64,000 bases of DNA from Candidatus Micrarchaeota archaeon (GCA_016932815.1 JAFGCC010000017.1:3581-67580), one strand, 5' to 3'; shown: positions 37,567 to 47,883, counted from the first letter of the stretch. The notes: a model not told the origin generated them from the letters alone. Translations and numbers: made by a program.

Positions 37567-39207
37567 ATGGCTGACAAGAAACCTCAATTGGTAGATGCCG
37601 GAAGCTACTACAAAATCGCCAACGACTACTACGAGAAAGGCGATTACGAGAAGGCGATTGAGAACTACAACATGGCCATACTCCTAAATCCCCTCTTCTC
37701 GGAAGCCTACTTCAACCGCGCACTAAGCTATTACCAGCTAAAAAACTACGAAAAAGCGGTAGCAGACTACACAGAAGCTTCGGAGCTAGACCCCAAGAAC
37801 CCCATTATATTCAACAACAAGGGGGACGCGTATTACAGGAGGCAGGATTACCACGGAGCAATAAAGGATTATGACAAGGCAATCATGCTAAACCCCAATT
37901 ACCTAAAAGCGTACTACAACCGCGCCCTCTCCTATGCATCCCTGGAAGACTACGAGAAGGCGGTTGAGGATTTTAGCAAGGTAGTCCAATTGAAGCCCGA
38001 CTTTTCCGAAGCCTACCACCTGCGCGGATTAGCATACGAATACGCGGGGGACGTGGATTCGGCGATTTCCGATTACGAAAAAGCCCTTGAATTAAACCCT
38101 TCATTGGCGGAAGCAAAAAGCCACCTAGAATCCGCAAAGAGCAAGAAGCAGAGCGGGGGAAGCGGAGGCGAAGGCGGAAAAGAAGGCGGAACTTCCGAAA
38201 TCAAGGTCCTAAGAAAGCCCCAGATGAACTTCAAGGACGTTGCGGGAATGGAGAAGATGAAAGAGGAAATCCGCGAGGCCGTAATCTACCCCATGGCAAA
38301 GCCGGAACTTGCAAGGAGGTACGGGAAGCTTGGGGGAGGCGGCATAATCATGTACGGCCCCCCCGGCTGCGGGAAAACCTACATAGTAAAAGCCGCGGCA
38401 GGAGAGTGCGATGCCGCATTCATAAACGCAAAGCTCTCAGACTTACTGGACATGTACGTGGGAAACACCGAAAAGAACATCCACAAGGTCTTTGAGACTG
38501 CGCGCAAGAACACCCCCTGCATCCTCTTCTTCGATGAAATAGACGCAATCGGCGGAAGGAGGGACCAGCAGGAGGGAGCGCAGTATATGCGCATGGCCGT
38601 AAACCAGATGCTCTATGAGATGGACGGGGTTGAAGCAAACAACCAGAACGTGCTCGTAATTGCCGCAACCAACGCGCCCTGGGACGTTGACCCCGCACTA
38701 AGGAGGTCCGGGCGTTTTAGCAAAACCCTCTACGTCCCGGAGCCGGATTTCGGCTCCCGCTCGGCAATAATCAGGATTCACGCCAAAAAGCGCCCCTTAG
38801 CAAGGGGGATTCCCTACTGGAGGCTTGCCCTTGCAACCTCCGGATATGCTTCTGCCGACCTCAAGGCGGTAGTGGATGAGGCTGCTGCAATCCCCTGGAG
38901 GGAGGCATTCAAGTCCGGAAAAGAGAGGAAAGTTAAAAGCAGCGACTTCATAAAGGCGATAAGGAAGAAGAAGAGCTCGCTTCCCCCCTGGTATGAGCAG
39001 GCCAAAAAGCAAATCGGCAAGCAGGAGGAAGTCACAATCGTAGACGGCAAAGAGCACAAGAAAGTGAGTGACAGCAAGATGGGCCCCGGTGAAAAGGAGG
39101 CCTTCAAGGACCTGCTCAACGTAATTAACAGCCGCAACAAGTGGTACAGCAAGGCATGGTTTTCCTTCCTAAAGCACACCGCGCTGCTAATCCCAATTCC
39201 AATCTAG
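37567..39207 (+). CDS. TPR-repeat / AAA+ ATPase fusion protein
   Basis: N-terminal about 180 aa of TPR repeats ('AYYNRALSY', 'AYFNRALSYYQLKNYEKA'), then AAA module 'IIMYGPPGCGKTY', 'ILFFDEIDA', second region of homology 'ATNAPWDVDPALRRSGRF'. Confidence 0.8.
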   Translation: MADKKPQLVDAGSYYKIANDYYEKGDYEKAIENYNMAILLNPLFSEAYFNRALSYYQLKNYEKAVADYTEASELDPKNPIIFNNKGDAYYRRQDYHGAIKDYDKAIMLNPNYLKAYYNRALSYASLEDYEKAVEDFSKVVQLKPDFSEAYHLRGLAYEYAGDVDSAISDYEKALELNPSLAEAKSHLESAKSKKQSGGSGGEGGKEGGTSEIKVLRKPQMNFKDVAGMEKMKEEIREAVIYPMAKPELARRYGKLGGGGIIMYGPPGCGKTYIVKAAAGECDAAFINAKLSDLLDMYVGNTEKNIHKVFETARKNTPCILFFDEIDAIGGRRDQQEGAQYMRMAVNQMLYEMDGVEANNQNVLVIAATNAPWDVDPALRRSGRFSKTLYVPEPDFGSRSAIIRIHAKKRPLARGIPYWRLALATSGYASADLKAVVDEAAAIPWREAFKSGKERKVKSSDFIKAIRKKKSSLPPWYEQAKKQIGKQEEVTIVDGKEHKKVSDSKMGPGEKEAFKDLLNVINSRNKWYSKAWFSFLKHTALLIPIPI

Positions 39208-39263
39208 GCGCACCCGGTTCCGGCTAAGGTTTATATATACCAATCGCATTTTTCCTAATTAGC

Positions 39264-40493
39264 ATGATAATAAAGAACGCCCGCTTCTACCAAAACGGGA
39301 AGCTGGCAAACAAGGACATACAAATCGAGGGGGGCTCAATTAGCGCAATAGGGAGCTTCAAGGGAAAAGGGATAGATGCCTCAGGCTTGTTCGTTTTCCC
39401 GGGGCTAATAGACCCGCACGTGCACCTTAGGGACCCCGGGCTCACGCAAAAAGAGGATTTCCACAGCGGAACCCGCGCAGCGCTCAGGGGCGGATTTACC
39501 ACAGTATTGGATATGCCCAACACGATTCCCCCAACCACTACAAAGAAAGCATTGCTAGAAAAAAGGAAAATCGCAGGCAAAAAAGCAGTTTGCGATTACG
39601 GGCTGCATTTTGGGGCAACAAAAGACAACTTTTCCGAAGTGGAAGCCGCAAAGCCCCCTTCCCTCAAGCTGTATATGGGCGAATCAACGGGCTCCTTGCA
39701 GGTAGGAAGCTATGCGGCAATGGAGAAGCATTTTTCCACCTTCCCAAAAGACAAGCCAATCATCCTGCACGCAGAAGATGCGGACACCATAAAATCCATG
39801 GAGGCAGCAGGCCTTGGGAGGGGGCCTATGGCAGAGCGCATCGCGGTACTCAAGGCAAACGAGGCCGCGCAGAAAGCAAAAAGGGTAATCTACTTTGCGC
39901 ACACTACGACCGCGGAAGCGGCCTCCCTTGCAAAATCCCGCAGGGATTCCCTTGTGGAGGTTTCGCCCCACCACTTATTCCTCTCAACGGACAAGGATTT
40001 GAGATACCTTAGGAGGCGCTCCAATGTGTATCCCCCTTTGCGCACCGAAGCGCAGAGGACCGCCCTCTGGAAGATGCTTCCAAGAGTGGATACCGTTGGA
40101 AGCGACCATGCGCCCCACACCCTAGAGGACAAGGCCGCAGGCGCGGCGGGATTCCCAGGCCTTGAAACTTCCTTATCCCTATTCCTCGATGCCTACAACA
40201 AGAGCATCCTGCCCCTTCCCTGGATAGTAGAAAGAATGGCGCAGAATCCCGCCAGGATTTTCAATCTTAAGAAAAAAGGGCAGATTGCAAAAGGCTTCGA
40301 TGCGGATTTCACTTTAGTTGATTTGCGCGAGGAATGGACTGTGCGCGGAAGGGATTTGGAATCCAGGTGCGGCTGGACTCCCTTTGAGGGATTCAGGCTC
40401 AAAGGAAGGGTGAAAAAGGTAATCCTGCGCGGCAATCTGGTTGTGGATGATTCGAAGATAGTAGATGAAGTTAAGGGTGAGGAAGTCCTCTGA
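39264..40493 (+). CDS. pyrC: dihydroorotase
   Basis: 'GLIDPHVHLRDPG', 'GSDHAPH'. Confidence 0.85.
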   Translation: MIIKNARFYQNGKLANKDIQIEGGSISAIGSFKGKGIDASGLFVFPGLIDPHVHLRDPGLTQKEDFHSGTRAALRGGFTTVLDMPNTIPPTTTKKALLEKRKIAGKKAVCDYGLHFGATKDNFSEVEAAKPPSLKLYMGESTGSLQVGSYAAMEKHFSTFPKDKPIILHAEDADTIKSMEAAGLGRGPMAERIAVLKANEAAQKAKRVIYFAHTTTAEAASLAKSRRDSLVEVSPHHLFLSTDKDLRYLRRRSNVYPPLRTEAQRTALWKMLPRVDTVGSDHAPHTLEDKAAGAAGFPGLETSLSLFLDAYNKSILPLPWIVERMAQNPARIFNLKKKGQIAKGFDADFTLVDLREEWTVRGRDLESRCGWTPFEGFRLKGRVKKVILRGNLVVDDSKIVDEVKGEEVL

Positions 40494-40502
40494 TTTCCCG
40501 AT

Positions 40503-41132
40503 TCAGGGATTGATTGTTTTTAGGGGCAGGGACAACACCCCCCGGTTGTCATAGGGAATAAGGGAAAATCCGCAGGACATGTAATAATCCTCCAGCTCAT
40601 CATTTGCGCCCATTATGATTAGCTTGTTTATCCCGTGCTTTTTGGCGATATGCGAGCCAAGCAAAACCGCAATTTGCAGGAATCCGTATCCGCGCATTTT
40701 TGGATTCGGCACAGTATACTCCCCCAGCTCAGACGGTTTCAAGCCCGCTAGCGAGAGAAACGAATGCAACTGCGCTATTTCGAGTGTGTCCCCTTCCGCA
40801 TATGCTACAAACCTCATGAATGCCCCCCTTCCCGGCATCGGAGCCTTCATTATGGCATATGCATCCTGGAACACATAATTGCCCAAGCCGGAATCCTCCT
40901 CCAGGGAAACAGGATAGGCCTTCTTAAGGTGCAGCCGGAATGTTTCCCCCCTGCGGTTTTCTAGGAGGTGTGCCGACTTAAAATAAAGCCTTTTATTGGT
41001 TGGGGCATTGGCTTTCGAAGATAGCTCCGAGCGTATCCTAAAGAGCACCCGTGAAATGAATGCCGGCTTTGGGGCAGGAGGCTGCATAATCAATTTGCGT
41101 GTTAAATAGTTTATAAATGAGTATGGTGGCAT
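40503..41132 (-). CDS. possible GNAT-family acetyltransferase
   Basis: Weak acyl-CoA N-acyltransferase-like pattern; start uncertain. Confidence 0.35.
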   Translation of the reverse strand: MPPYSFINYLTRKLIMQPPAPKPAFISRVLFRIRSELSSKANAPTNKRLYFKSAHLLENRRGETFRLHLKKAYPVSLEEDSGLGNYVFQDAYAIMKAPMPGRGAFMRFVAYAEGDTLEIAQLHSFLSLAGLKPSELGEYTVPNPKMRGYGFLQIAVLLGSHIAKKHGINKLIIMGANDELEDYYMSCGFSLIPYDNRGVLSLPLKTINP

Positions 41133-41172
41133 TGCACAAAAAGAACCAGGAATGCGACTGCCCCCAGGAGGG

Positions 41173-41625
41173 TTATGTCTGGCTGGGATTAGGCTGCGGA
41201 GAAAGAACGATTAGCCCGCCCTGATTGAACATCTCAATGCGGTACTTTTTCCCGCCTGCACCCGGGCCTTCATGCAAAATCGGCTCGGAATCCGGGTCGA
41301 ACTCCATGGCAAATACCGTAGGATTGACGATTTCGTTTTCTATGCCCGCTTCCCGCAGCCTAAAGACCACTTCATTCCCATCAAGTGTTATGCTGTCCAC
41401 GTTCTCCGGCACGTATATCTCGGTAATCATCGCGGAGCCGTCTCCCATGTAGCCTACGGCATTAACTAAAAACGCAAGCCGCGCAACGGAAAAATGCACC
41501 TGCAAAACCGAAAGGTCCGCCTTGATAGTGTCCATCCGAAAGTACATCATGTACAATAGGGGAATTAGCAGGAGGAGTATGAATCCCACGACCATCAGCA
41601 GTTCGTTGCTTACTTGCCCTCTCAT
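41173..41625 (-). CDS. small pilin-like/membrane protein with class III-type signal
   Basis: 'MRG|QVSNELLMVVGFILLLLIPLL' with Glu at +5; overlaps next gene by 4 nt (operon with CBS protein). Confidence 0.45.
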   Translation of the reverse strand: MRGQVSNELLMVVGFILLLLIPLLYMMYFRMDTIKADLSVLQVHFSVARLAFLVNAVGYMGDGSAMITEIYVPENVDSITLDGNEVVFRLREAGIENEIVNPTVFAMEFDPDSEPILHEGPGAGGKKYRIEMFNQGGLIVLSPQPNPSQT

Positions 41626-42752
41626 AGCAGGTTACCCGTTGTATTGTGTATCTTCTTGTCGCGCTTATAGTTCTTCTTTTTCTCCAGAAGCCTTTTTATC
41701 TCCGCCACATTCTTGTTGACAACTTCCTTTAGGGCGTATCCTTCGGAATGCACCACGTTCATCCCGTGCTCAATCTCGAGCTTCGTGCTCATCTGGTATG
41801 TGGATTTGCCCTTCTTAAAATGCACGTGCACGTCCCCCAGCTCGAAAGTGCCAAGGAATTTTTTCAGCACGCCCTTGATGGATGCCTTCACGTCCGCATA
41901 ATAGAACATGTCGTCTTCGGGAAGCCCGCTAACAAACACGCTTGGGCCCTTGGAAACGAGGCTCAGGACGAACTTCATGACATCTATTGCGGTAAGCAGG
42001 CCCTTTGCCTCCTTCCCGTCCATAACCGTGAGCTTGGAGAGGTTCTGCTTTGCCATTATCCCTACCGCCTTCTCCAGCGGGTCCGAGGGGCGCACGGTGG
42101 CGACCTTTTCCCTCATGAATTCGCGGACCAGCCTGTCCTCTGGCTTTTCTATCTCGGAGGTAAGCATGAACCTCGGGTGGTTTTCCCTGTTTACCCTCAT
42201 CATGGACAAATCGAACGTGGAAAGGTTGCCGACTAGCTTGCTCCCCTTTGTCACGCCCAGATGGTGGACGCCGAGCTTCCTCATTATTCCCTTGGCAACC
42301 CCGACGGTTTCGCAATCCTCGATAGTGTATAGCGGAGCCGCCATCATCGCGGATACGGTGGTTTTTGGGACCATGCGCCTCTTTACCATCTCGTTCATGA
42401 CGTCTGCGCGGCTCACTACCCCTTTTATCCTGTTCTTGCTTATGACCGGGACCGCCTTGAAGTGGCCTGCCAGGAATGCGCGCATGGCATCTTCCACGGT
42501 GGATTCCTCGGAAAGCGAAGGCGCTCTTACCGCGGCATTCAGGGCCTTGGCCTTGCTCGCGTCGCTTACGCTCCTTACTGTGCGGTCATCTATCAAGCCG
42601 TAGTACTTCCCTTTCTGGGTAACCACGACCACCGTGCCGGTTTTTAGTATGCAGTTTAAGGCTTTTGAGAGCGGTTCCCCGCCATCTAATACGTCCGCTT
42701 TGAGTTCCCTCATAATCTCACCATTGCTTGACAGATAGAATACAGAAAACAT
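41622..42752 (-). CDS. CBS-domain protein (four CBS motifs) with C-terminal domain of unknown function
   Basis: Repeated 'V..im...v.tv.p' CBS-like segments. Confidence 0.65.
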   Translation of the reverse strand: MFSVFYLSSNGEIMRELKADVLDGGEPLSKALNCILKTGTVVVVTQKGKYYGLIDDRTVRSVSDASKAKALNAAVRAPSLSEESTVEDAMRAFLAGHFKAVPVISKNRIKGVVSRADVMNEMVKRRMVPKTTVSAMMAAPLYTIEDCETVGVAKGIMRKLGVHHLGVTKGSKLVGNLSTFDLSMMRVNRENHPRFMLTSEIEKPEDRLVREFMREKVATVRPSDPLEKAVGIMAKQNLSKLTVMDGKEAKGLLTAIDVMKFVLSLVSKGPSVFVSGLPEDDMFYYADVKASIKGVLKKFLGTFELGDVHVHFKKGKSTYQMSTKLEIEHGMNVVHSEGYALKEVVNKNVAEIKRLLEKKKNYKRDKKIHNTTGNLL

Positions 42753-42780
42753 TTATAAGTCTTGCAAGCTAATTTTGCAT

Positions 42781-43458
42781 ATGGACCTCCCCTCCATAGT
42801 CCGCAAGCCCAGCTGGAGGCAGCTCTTATGCGAATTGGTGGCCTCTGAACAGCTCGACCCATGGGACATAGACATAACCAAGGTTGCAGACGGGTTTTTC
42901 AAGATGGTCAAGGAAATGGAGAAGACGGATTTCCACATACCAGCCAACATAATCCTCGCCTGCGCAATCCTCCTAAAATACAAGAGCAACGCGCTTCGGG
43001 TTTTCGAGGAGCCGGCCGAGGTTTTTGAAGAGCCGGAACCCCTTGTTCTCGAGGATGAGGGCGAGATTCCCGCACTCAGGATAAAAGCGAGGATTCCCCC
43101 GAAAGCGCACATCACCCTCAACGAGCTAATAGATGAGATGGAGCGGGCGATGAAGTATGATGACTTTGAGAGGGCGCCCAAGGTGCGCCCAAAGCACCGG
43201 GAAACGGTGGAGATAACGCTTCCCGATTACGATATCGAAAAGGAAATGGAGCAGCTCTATTCGAGGATGAAAGGGGAGGCGGACTCAGAAGGCCTCGTGC
43301 TCTTTTCCACCCTGGTCTCCGAGAGAACCCCCACAGAAACCGTGCTTACCCTCGCACCGCTCTTGCATCTTGCGCAGGAGAAGGCAGTCGGGCTCAAGCA
43401 GGACATGATGTGGGGAGAGATTTTCATAAAGGTGAACGGATGGAACCCAGGCGCCTGA
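42781..43458 (+). CDS. scpA: segregation and condensation protein A
   Basis: 'SEQLDPWDIDITKVADGF' motif; track start is TTG 42775. Confidence 0.75.
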   Translation: MDLPSIVRKPSWRQLLCELVASEQLDPWDIDITKVADGFFKMVKEMEKTDFHIPANIILACAILLKYKSNALRVFEEPAEVFEEPEPLVLEDEGEIPALRIKARIPPKAHITLNELIDEMERAMKYDDFERAPKVRPKHRETVEITLPDYDIEKEMEQLYSRMKGEADSEGLVLFSTLVSERTPTETVLTLAPLLHLAQEKAVGLKQDMMWGEIFIKVNGWNPGA

Positions 43459-43592
43459 ACCGCAGGGGGGTTGCATCCCCCTCTCTGAGAAACCTTCGGT
43501 TTCTTCTCTTGGGCACAGCCCAAGGCAGTTCCGGTTCCTCCGGACTCCCCCTGCGCGCAGGCACGTGCCTGGAATTCTTTGAGGTGGGCTAA

Positions 43593-44276
43593 ATGGAACC
43601 CAAAAGATTGATAGAAGCCGCGCTCTTTATGAGCGGCAGGGAGATGTCCGTTCCGGAATTGAAGAAACTAACCGGAATCGCTTCTGCGGGGCACGTGAAG
43701 GAAATCGTGGAGGAATTGGCGGGGGATTATGATTCGATGGGCAGCTCAATTGAGGTTTTCGAAGGCGACAACGCCTACATACTTCGCGTCCGCGACGAAT
43801 ATTCCGGAAGCGTGAGGCAGTTTGCCCAGGACGTTGCGATAAGCAAGTCGGCTCTCCGCACCCTCTCTTATATCGCAAAGCACAACGGAATCCTGAAATC
43901 CGAAGTGGTCAGGAGAATCGGGAGCGTGATTTACGACGACGTTAAAGAGCTGGTTGAAAACGGGTTTGTCTTCCAGCGCAAATACGGGAGGAGTTCCAAG
44001 CTGTTTTTGACCGACAAGTTCCGCGCGTATTTTGAAAAAGGCGCGGGAACGGTTTCCACTTCACCTAAGAAGGCGGTTGCAGGAAAAGAATCCTCAGGGG
44101 ATTCAGAGGCGGCTCCCCCGGAAGCCGCTCCCGCTTCCAAAGATTCAGCAGAAGGCGCCGCACCTTCGGAAGACTCCGGGGAAACAACTGATGAAGATTC
44201 CCCTGCAAAGGAAGGGGATTTCTCGTTTTCCGACATGGACGAGTCGGCGGAAGAAGATGAAAAATTCGAGGATTGA
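43593..44276 (+). CDS. scpB: segregation and condensation protein B with acidic C-terminal tail
   Basis: 'LIEAALFMSGREMSVPELKKLTG' and second wH 'LRTLSYIAKHNGILKSEV'; D/E-rich tail. Confidence 0.75.
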   Translation: MEPKRLIEAALFMSGREMSVPELKKLTGIASAGHVKEIVEELAGDYDSMGSSIEVFEGDNAYILRVRDEYSGSVRQFAQDVAISKSALRTLSYIAKHNGILKSEVVRRIGSVIYDDVKELVENGFVFQRKYGRSSKLFLTDKFRAYFEKGAGTVSTSPKKAVAGKESSGDSEAAPPEAAPASKDSAEGAAPSEDSGETTDEDSPAKEGDFSFSDMDESAEEDEKFED

Positions 44277-44349
44277 GCCCCAATCCGGGTTGCCCTCCTT
44301 TCTGGAAAATGCCCCCCCCTTTGCTTACGGGTTTTCCCCGCTTGAGGCG

Positions 44350-45354
44350 TCAAACCTTCATTTTCCGTATTTTTATTCCCGCCTGCCTGAATAAATTCTC
44401 AGGGGCTTCGGTAATAGGGTAATCCGCGTTGTAGATTACTTCGGTTATTCCCGCGTTTATTATCATTCTCGTGCAGTATAGGCAGGGGACGAAAGTGCAG
44501 TACATGACTCCCCCCTTGAGGCTTATCCCGTGGTAGGCTGCCTGCACTATTGCGTTTTCTTCTCCGTGTGCGCAGTAGCACTCATCGAGCTTGGAGCCGG
44601 ATTTCGCAAAGGAGTTGCATCTTGGGCACCCGCCTTCGTTGCAGTTTTTGGTGCCTCTCGGAGTCCCGTTGTATCCGGTGGAGATTATCCTCTTATCCTT
44701 TACGATTATTGCGGCAACCTTCCTTTTCATGCAGTTGCTCCTTGAGGCGACCTCCCTTGCGATGTTCATGAAGTATTCGTCCCAGCTAGGGCGCTCGTCC
44801 TTGAACTCAGTTGAGAATTCGGATAGGAGGTGGCCGATTTTTTCTTCTAAGCTCTCCATAGAGGAGTCGTTTATGAGCTTCCTATCTGCAACCTCGAATG
44901 CGTCTTTTAGGCTCTGTTTCGTTTTTTCCTCGTTTTTCAATTCCAGTTCCTCTATTTTCGTGAATGCTTCGAGGGTTTTGGGGTCGCTCTCCCTGCCCCG
45001 CTCCTTCATCCTCTCAAAGCGGGTTTCCGCAGGCGCGGTAACGTAAATTATGAATGAGTTATTGAGGCTCTTTATTTTCTTTGCCTCCGCCTCGTTCCTA
45101 ATTGAGTCTATTGCGTAGTTTCTGTCTTTTCCCAATTTTTCTATCGTTTTTTCTGCAAGTGCGCTTGGGCCGAGCTTTTCCCTCAACTCGTTTCCCTTTT
45201 CAATGAGGTTTGCGCGGGTTACCTCTTTTCCTTCTGCTGCAAGCTCTTCCCTTATTACATCCGATAATGAGAGGCATTCAAATCCCTTTGCCTTGAGGCA
45301 TTCTGCAACGGTTCCTTTCCCAGCGCAATTTTCACCCGTAAGCCCTATGATCAT
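44350..45354 (-). CDS. fusion protein: N-terminal P-loop nucleotide kinase-like domain + C-terminal dCMP/cytidine deaminase domain
   Basis: N-term 'MIIGLTGENCAGKGTV' P-loop; C-term deaminase zinc motifs 'CAHGEENAI' and 'PCLYCTRMI'. Confidence 0.7.
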   Translation of the reverse strand: MIIGLTGENCAGKGTVAECLKAKGFECLSLSDVIREELAAEGKEVTRANLIEKGNELREKLGPSALAEKTIEKLGKDRNYAIDSIRNEAEAKKIKSLNNSFIIYVTAPAETRFERMKERGRESDPKTLEAFTKIEELELKNEEKTKQSLKDAFEVADRKLINDSSMESLEEKIGHLLSEFSTEFKDERPSWDEYFMNIAREVASRSNCMKRKVAAIIVKDKRIISTGYNGTPRGTKNCNEGGCPRCNSFAKSGSKLDECYCAHGEENAIVQAAYHGISLKGGVMYCTFVPCLYCTRMIINAGITEVIYNADYPITEAPENLFRQAGIKIRKMKV

Positions 45355-45445
45355 GCTTCCACCCAGCCACAGGGCAGGATATATCTGCCAACATTTTAAT
45401 CTTTGTTGCCTTTCCTCCGGATTTTCTCTTTAATCGGGCAAAATC

Positions 45446-46207
45446 ATGCAAAACAATAAAAAAACCCATAATCATATGTTTATCCATTGGTGGATTGGCA
45501 TGGAAGGAAAGCGAAGGTCCCGCGGTGGCGGTCAACGGAATTCCGGCTCGGTTCCGGTGAAGGTGGAAGAGGGAATCGCCTCTAAAATTCCGGAACCGGT
45601 GGAACGTTCTGAGAATGGGAAAATGGATGCCGTTCCGCAGGTTGAAACTCCTACTTATAGCATGGGCGAATTAGGTCAATATCTCGATAATGCTAAGCCT
45701 TACATCGTTACTCCTTCATATACGAATCCTCCAAGGGAGGACCTCGGTGGAGTTTCGGACTACCTAACCAAGAACTACAAAGTGCGTGTAAATCTTACCA
45801 AAGATGACATCAGCTCCGTGGAAATTCTAGACAAAACTGGGTTGATGATTACAGGTATTGGAGTTCTTGGGAAACCTGAAGAACTGACTATAATGGCTAT
45901 TGATTTCGGAGAGAACAATCCGCTAATCAAGGGGGAGGCTTTATTCTTTGCTACGCCAGAGGGGGTAAGCATGTATTTCTTCGACAAATCTACTGGTGAG
46001 TTCTCCCATGGATTAGCTAATCTATATGGGGAGGGCCTGTCCCGCGGACCCACGAAGGTAGGATTGGACATCACTAAGGAAAGCATCGCACTGCTTGTTA
46101 TCCCCGATGCTGGCAATACTGCTGCTCAAGTGGAGATAGGGTTGGTCAATAACTCTGAATATAAGATGGGATATTCATATACTGGAATCTTTGGAGTAAA
46201 TAGGTAA
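45446..46207 (+). CDS. hypothetical protein A (cassette copy 1); compositionally atypical
   Basis: 253 aa; core homologous to 49565..50428 ('AIDFGENNPLIKGEALFFATPEG' vs 'AIDLGKDNPVVQGELLVFATPQS'; '...TGIFGVNR' vs '...TAIFGLTRPP'); N-terminal 'SVPVKVEEG'. Confidence 0.6.
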   Translation: MQNNKKTHNHMFIHWWIGMEGKRRSRGGGQRNSGSVPVKVEEGIASKIPEPVERSENGKMDAVPQVETPTYSMGELGQYLDNAKPYIVTPSYTNPPREDLGGVSDYLTKNYKVRVNLTKDDISSVEILDKTGLMITGIGVLGKPEELTIMAIDFGENNPLIKGEALFFATPEGVSMYFFDKSTGEFSHGLANLYGEGLSRGPTKVGLDITKESIALLVIPDAGNTAAQVEIGLVNNSEYKMGYSYTGIFGVNR

Positions 46208-46230
46208 TATCTCTTCATGGTGTTGTTTTC

Positions 46231-47883
46231 ATGGCGCTCTCAGCAAGAAAAAAGCAAGGTGGGGTGGGGGAACAAACTAAGACCTCCGACAATCCGGTTA
46301 GATTGCTTGAGAATGTAAAAGCAGCAACCGGAGAGGACCTAAACGAAGCACAAATCCTAAATGATGCACAGCTTTGGGAACAATACCTCAATCCCTCACA
46401 AGAACGCATCGAGGAAGAAAAGAGCAAATTATATTCCAACCTTGCGGATGCAGGATTTTCCACCGAAGATGCGAGTAGGATATCAGAACAATATGGGCGC
46501 CTGCGCGCAAAAGCGGCAAAAGGGTCTCTGAGCAATGAAGAGCTGAGCGCTCTCTCACAGATTGCAGGTGTCGCAAAGGAGGCAAAAGAATCTGCTGCAA
46601 ACACCTCCGAAGAACGAGCAACAGCACTAGTTTCCCTATGGTCCCAAGCACAGTCAAAAACGGCGGACACAAGCTACTACGATTCAGAAGCAATAAAGAT
46701 GCGGGACATCTTCTATGCGATGCTAACTGAAAGCAACCCGAACCAGCAGAAAATAAACGAGCTGGCAAAGAACGACGAAAGCGTCCGCAGCGTGTTCATG
46801 ATGGACGCTTCCTTTGCAAGGGAATTATACTCCAAGGGGACCTCCGCAGACAAGGTGTGGCAAGCCCTAATACAAAGGCAACAGGAAACCACAACCGCAT
46901 TCATGAAAGATGGCGCGAACAGTAAGCTCCTGCATGACGCGGAAATTGAAGACCTTCGCGCAGTCCTGGGAGAACAGCGCAACGATGCAAACCAGAGGAT
47001 TGGTTATATTGAAGCGGGAGATTACGCCTCCCTTGGCAAGATGGACGAAATTAACCGGATGTATTCAAACGACGTAGTGCTGCGCATGCAGAACAAGCTC
47101 GGCCTAGCAAGCGAGTCGGGGAATTTCACCGACTTCCAGATGGCGCAGATGCAGTCCGTATTGGCAGATGTCGCACTTATAATGTCAAATGCCAGCCCGC
47201 TTGGGGCGGTTGAAGAAGACTCCTCTGCGGAAGTGGGAATAGCAACATTGGATTCATTCATAAACGAGCAGCAGAGGGCAATGGACGAAACGCAGACCCT
47301 GCAGTCGCTAGACGAGCAAGTCTCAGAACTAATGGCATTGGCAAGGGAAACTGTGTCCGGTGGAGTGCTAACCGAAGAAGCGCAGGAGAAGCTGGGAGAG
47401 CTTGGGCTTCCAATGGGTGCCAATAGCGCGGATGCCGAGAAATTCGTAAGGGGGGCAAGGGAACGCGCGAACGAAGAGATATCGCGGGTGCAGGAATTAA
47501 GGAGCGTCCAGAATGGCGGCGCATACGAGGTTTCCGCATTCTACTCCGAAGAGCGCGCCCTAGAAACAATTGATTCGGTAAAGAGCATAATCCGCGAAGC
47601 GCCCACAGAATTCTCGATTCTTGCCGCAGAGGAATTCAAGGGGGATGAACTAATAAACATCGGGACGGTTGAAGAGGTTCTTGGGCAAGCGGATTTCGGG
47701 AATGCCAAATCCCCCGAAACAGTCGTCTTAACTGCCCTTAGCAATCCCAACGACTCTGGGATGCGCGAGAAAATGGAGCAGGTGCTCTCAAACCCATTCA
47801 ACGTGGGGATACGGGAAGCGCTGCTCGAAGCTTATGCGCGCGCAGCTTCAGAACTCTCGCAGAAGCGCATCTCCGCAGGGTAG
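46231..47883 (+). CDS. hypothetical acidic alpha-helical protein B (cassette copy 1)
   Basis: 550 aa; homologous along its length to 50480..52186 (e.g. C-termini 'NPFNVGIREALLEAYARAASEL' vs 'NPLNVGIRAALLEAYARAVTEL', 'RVQELR' in both). Confidence 0.6.
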   Translation: MALSARKKQGGVGEQTKTSDNPVRLLENVKAATGEDLNEAQILNDAQLWEQYLNPSQERIEEEKSKLYSNLADAGFSTEDASRISEQYGRLRAKAAKGSLSNEELSALSQIAGVAKEAKESAANTSEERATALVSLWSQAQSKTADTSYYDSEAIKMRDIFYAMLTESNPNQQKINELAKNDESVRSVFMMDASFARELYSKGTSADKVWQALIQRQQETTTAFMKDGANSKLLHDAEIEDLRAVLGEQRNDANQRIGYIEAGDYASLGKMDEINRMYSNDVVLRMQNKLGLASESGNFTDFQMAQMQSVLADVALIMSNASPLGAVEEDSSAEVGIATLDSFINEQQRAMDETQTLQSLDEQVSELMALARETVSGGVLTEEAQEKLGELGLPMGANSADAEKFVRGARERANEEISRVQELRSVQNGGAYEVSAFYSEERALETIDSVKSIIREAPTEFSILAAEEFKGDELINIGTVEEVLGQADFGNAKSPETVVLTALSNPNDSGMREKMEQVLSNPFNVGIREALLEAYARAASELSQKRISAG

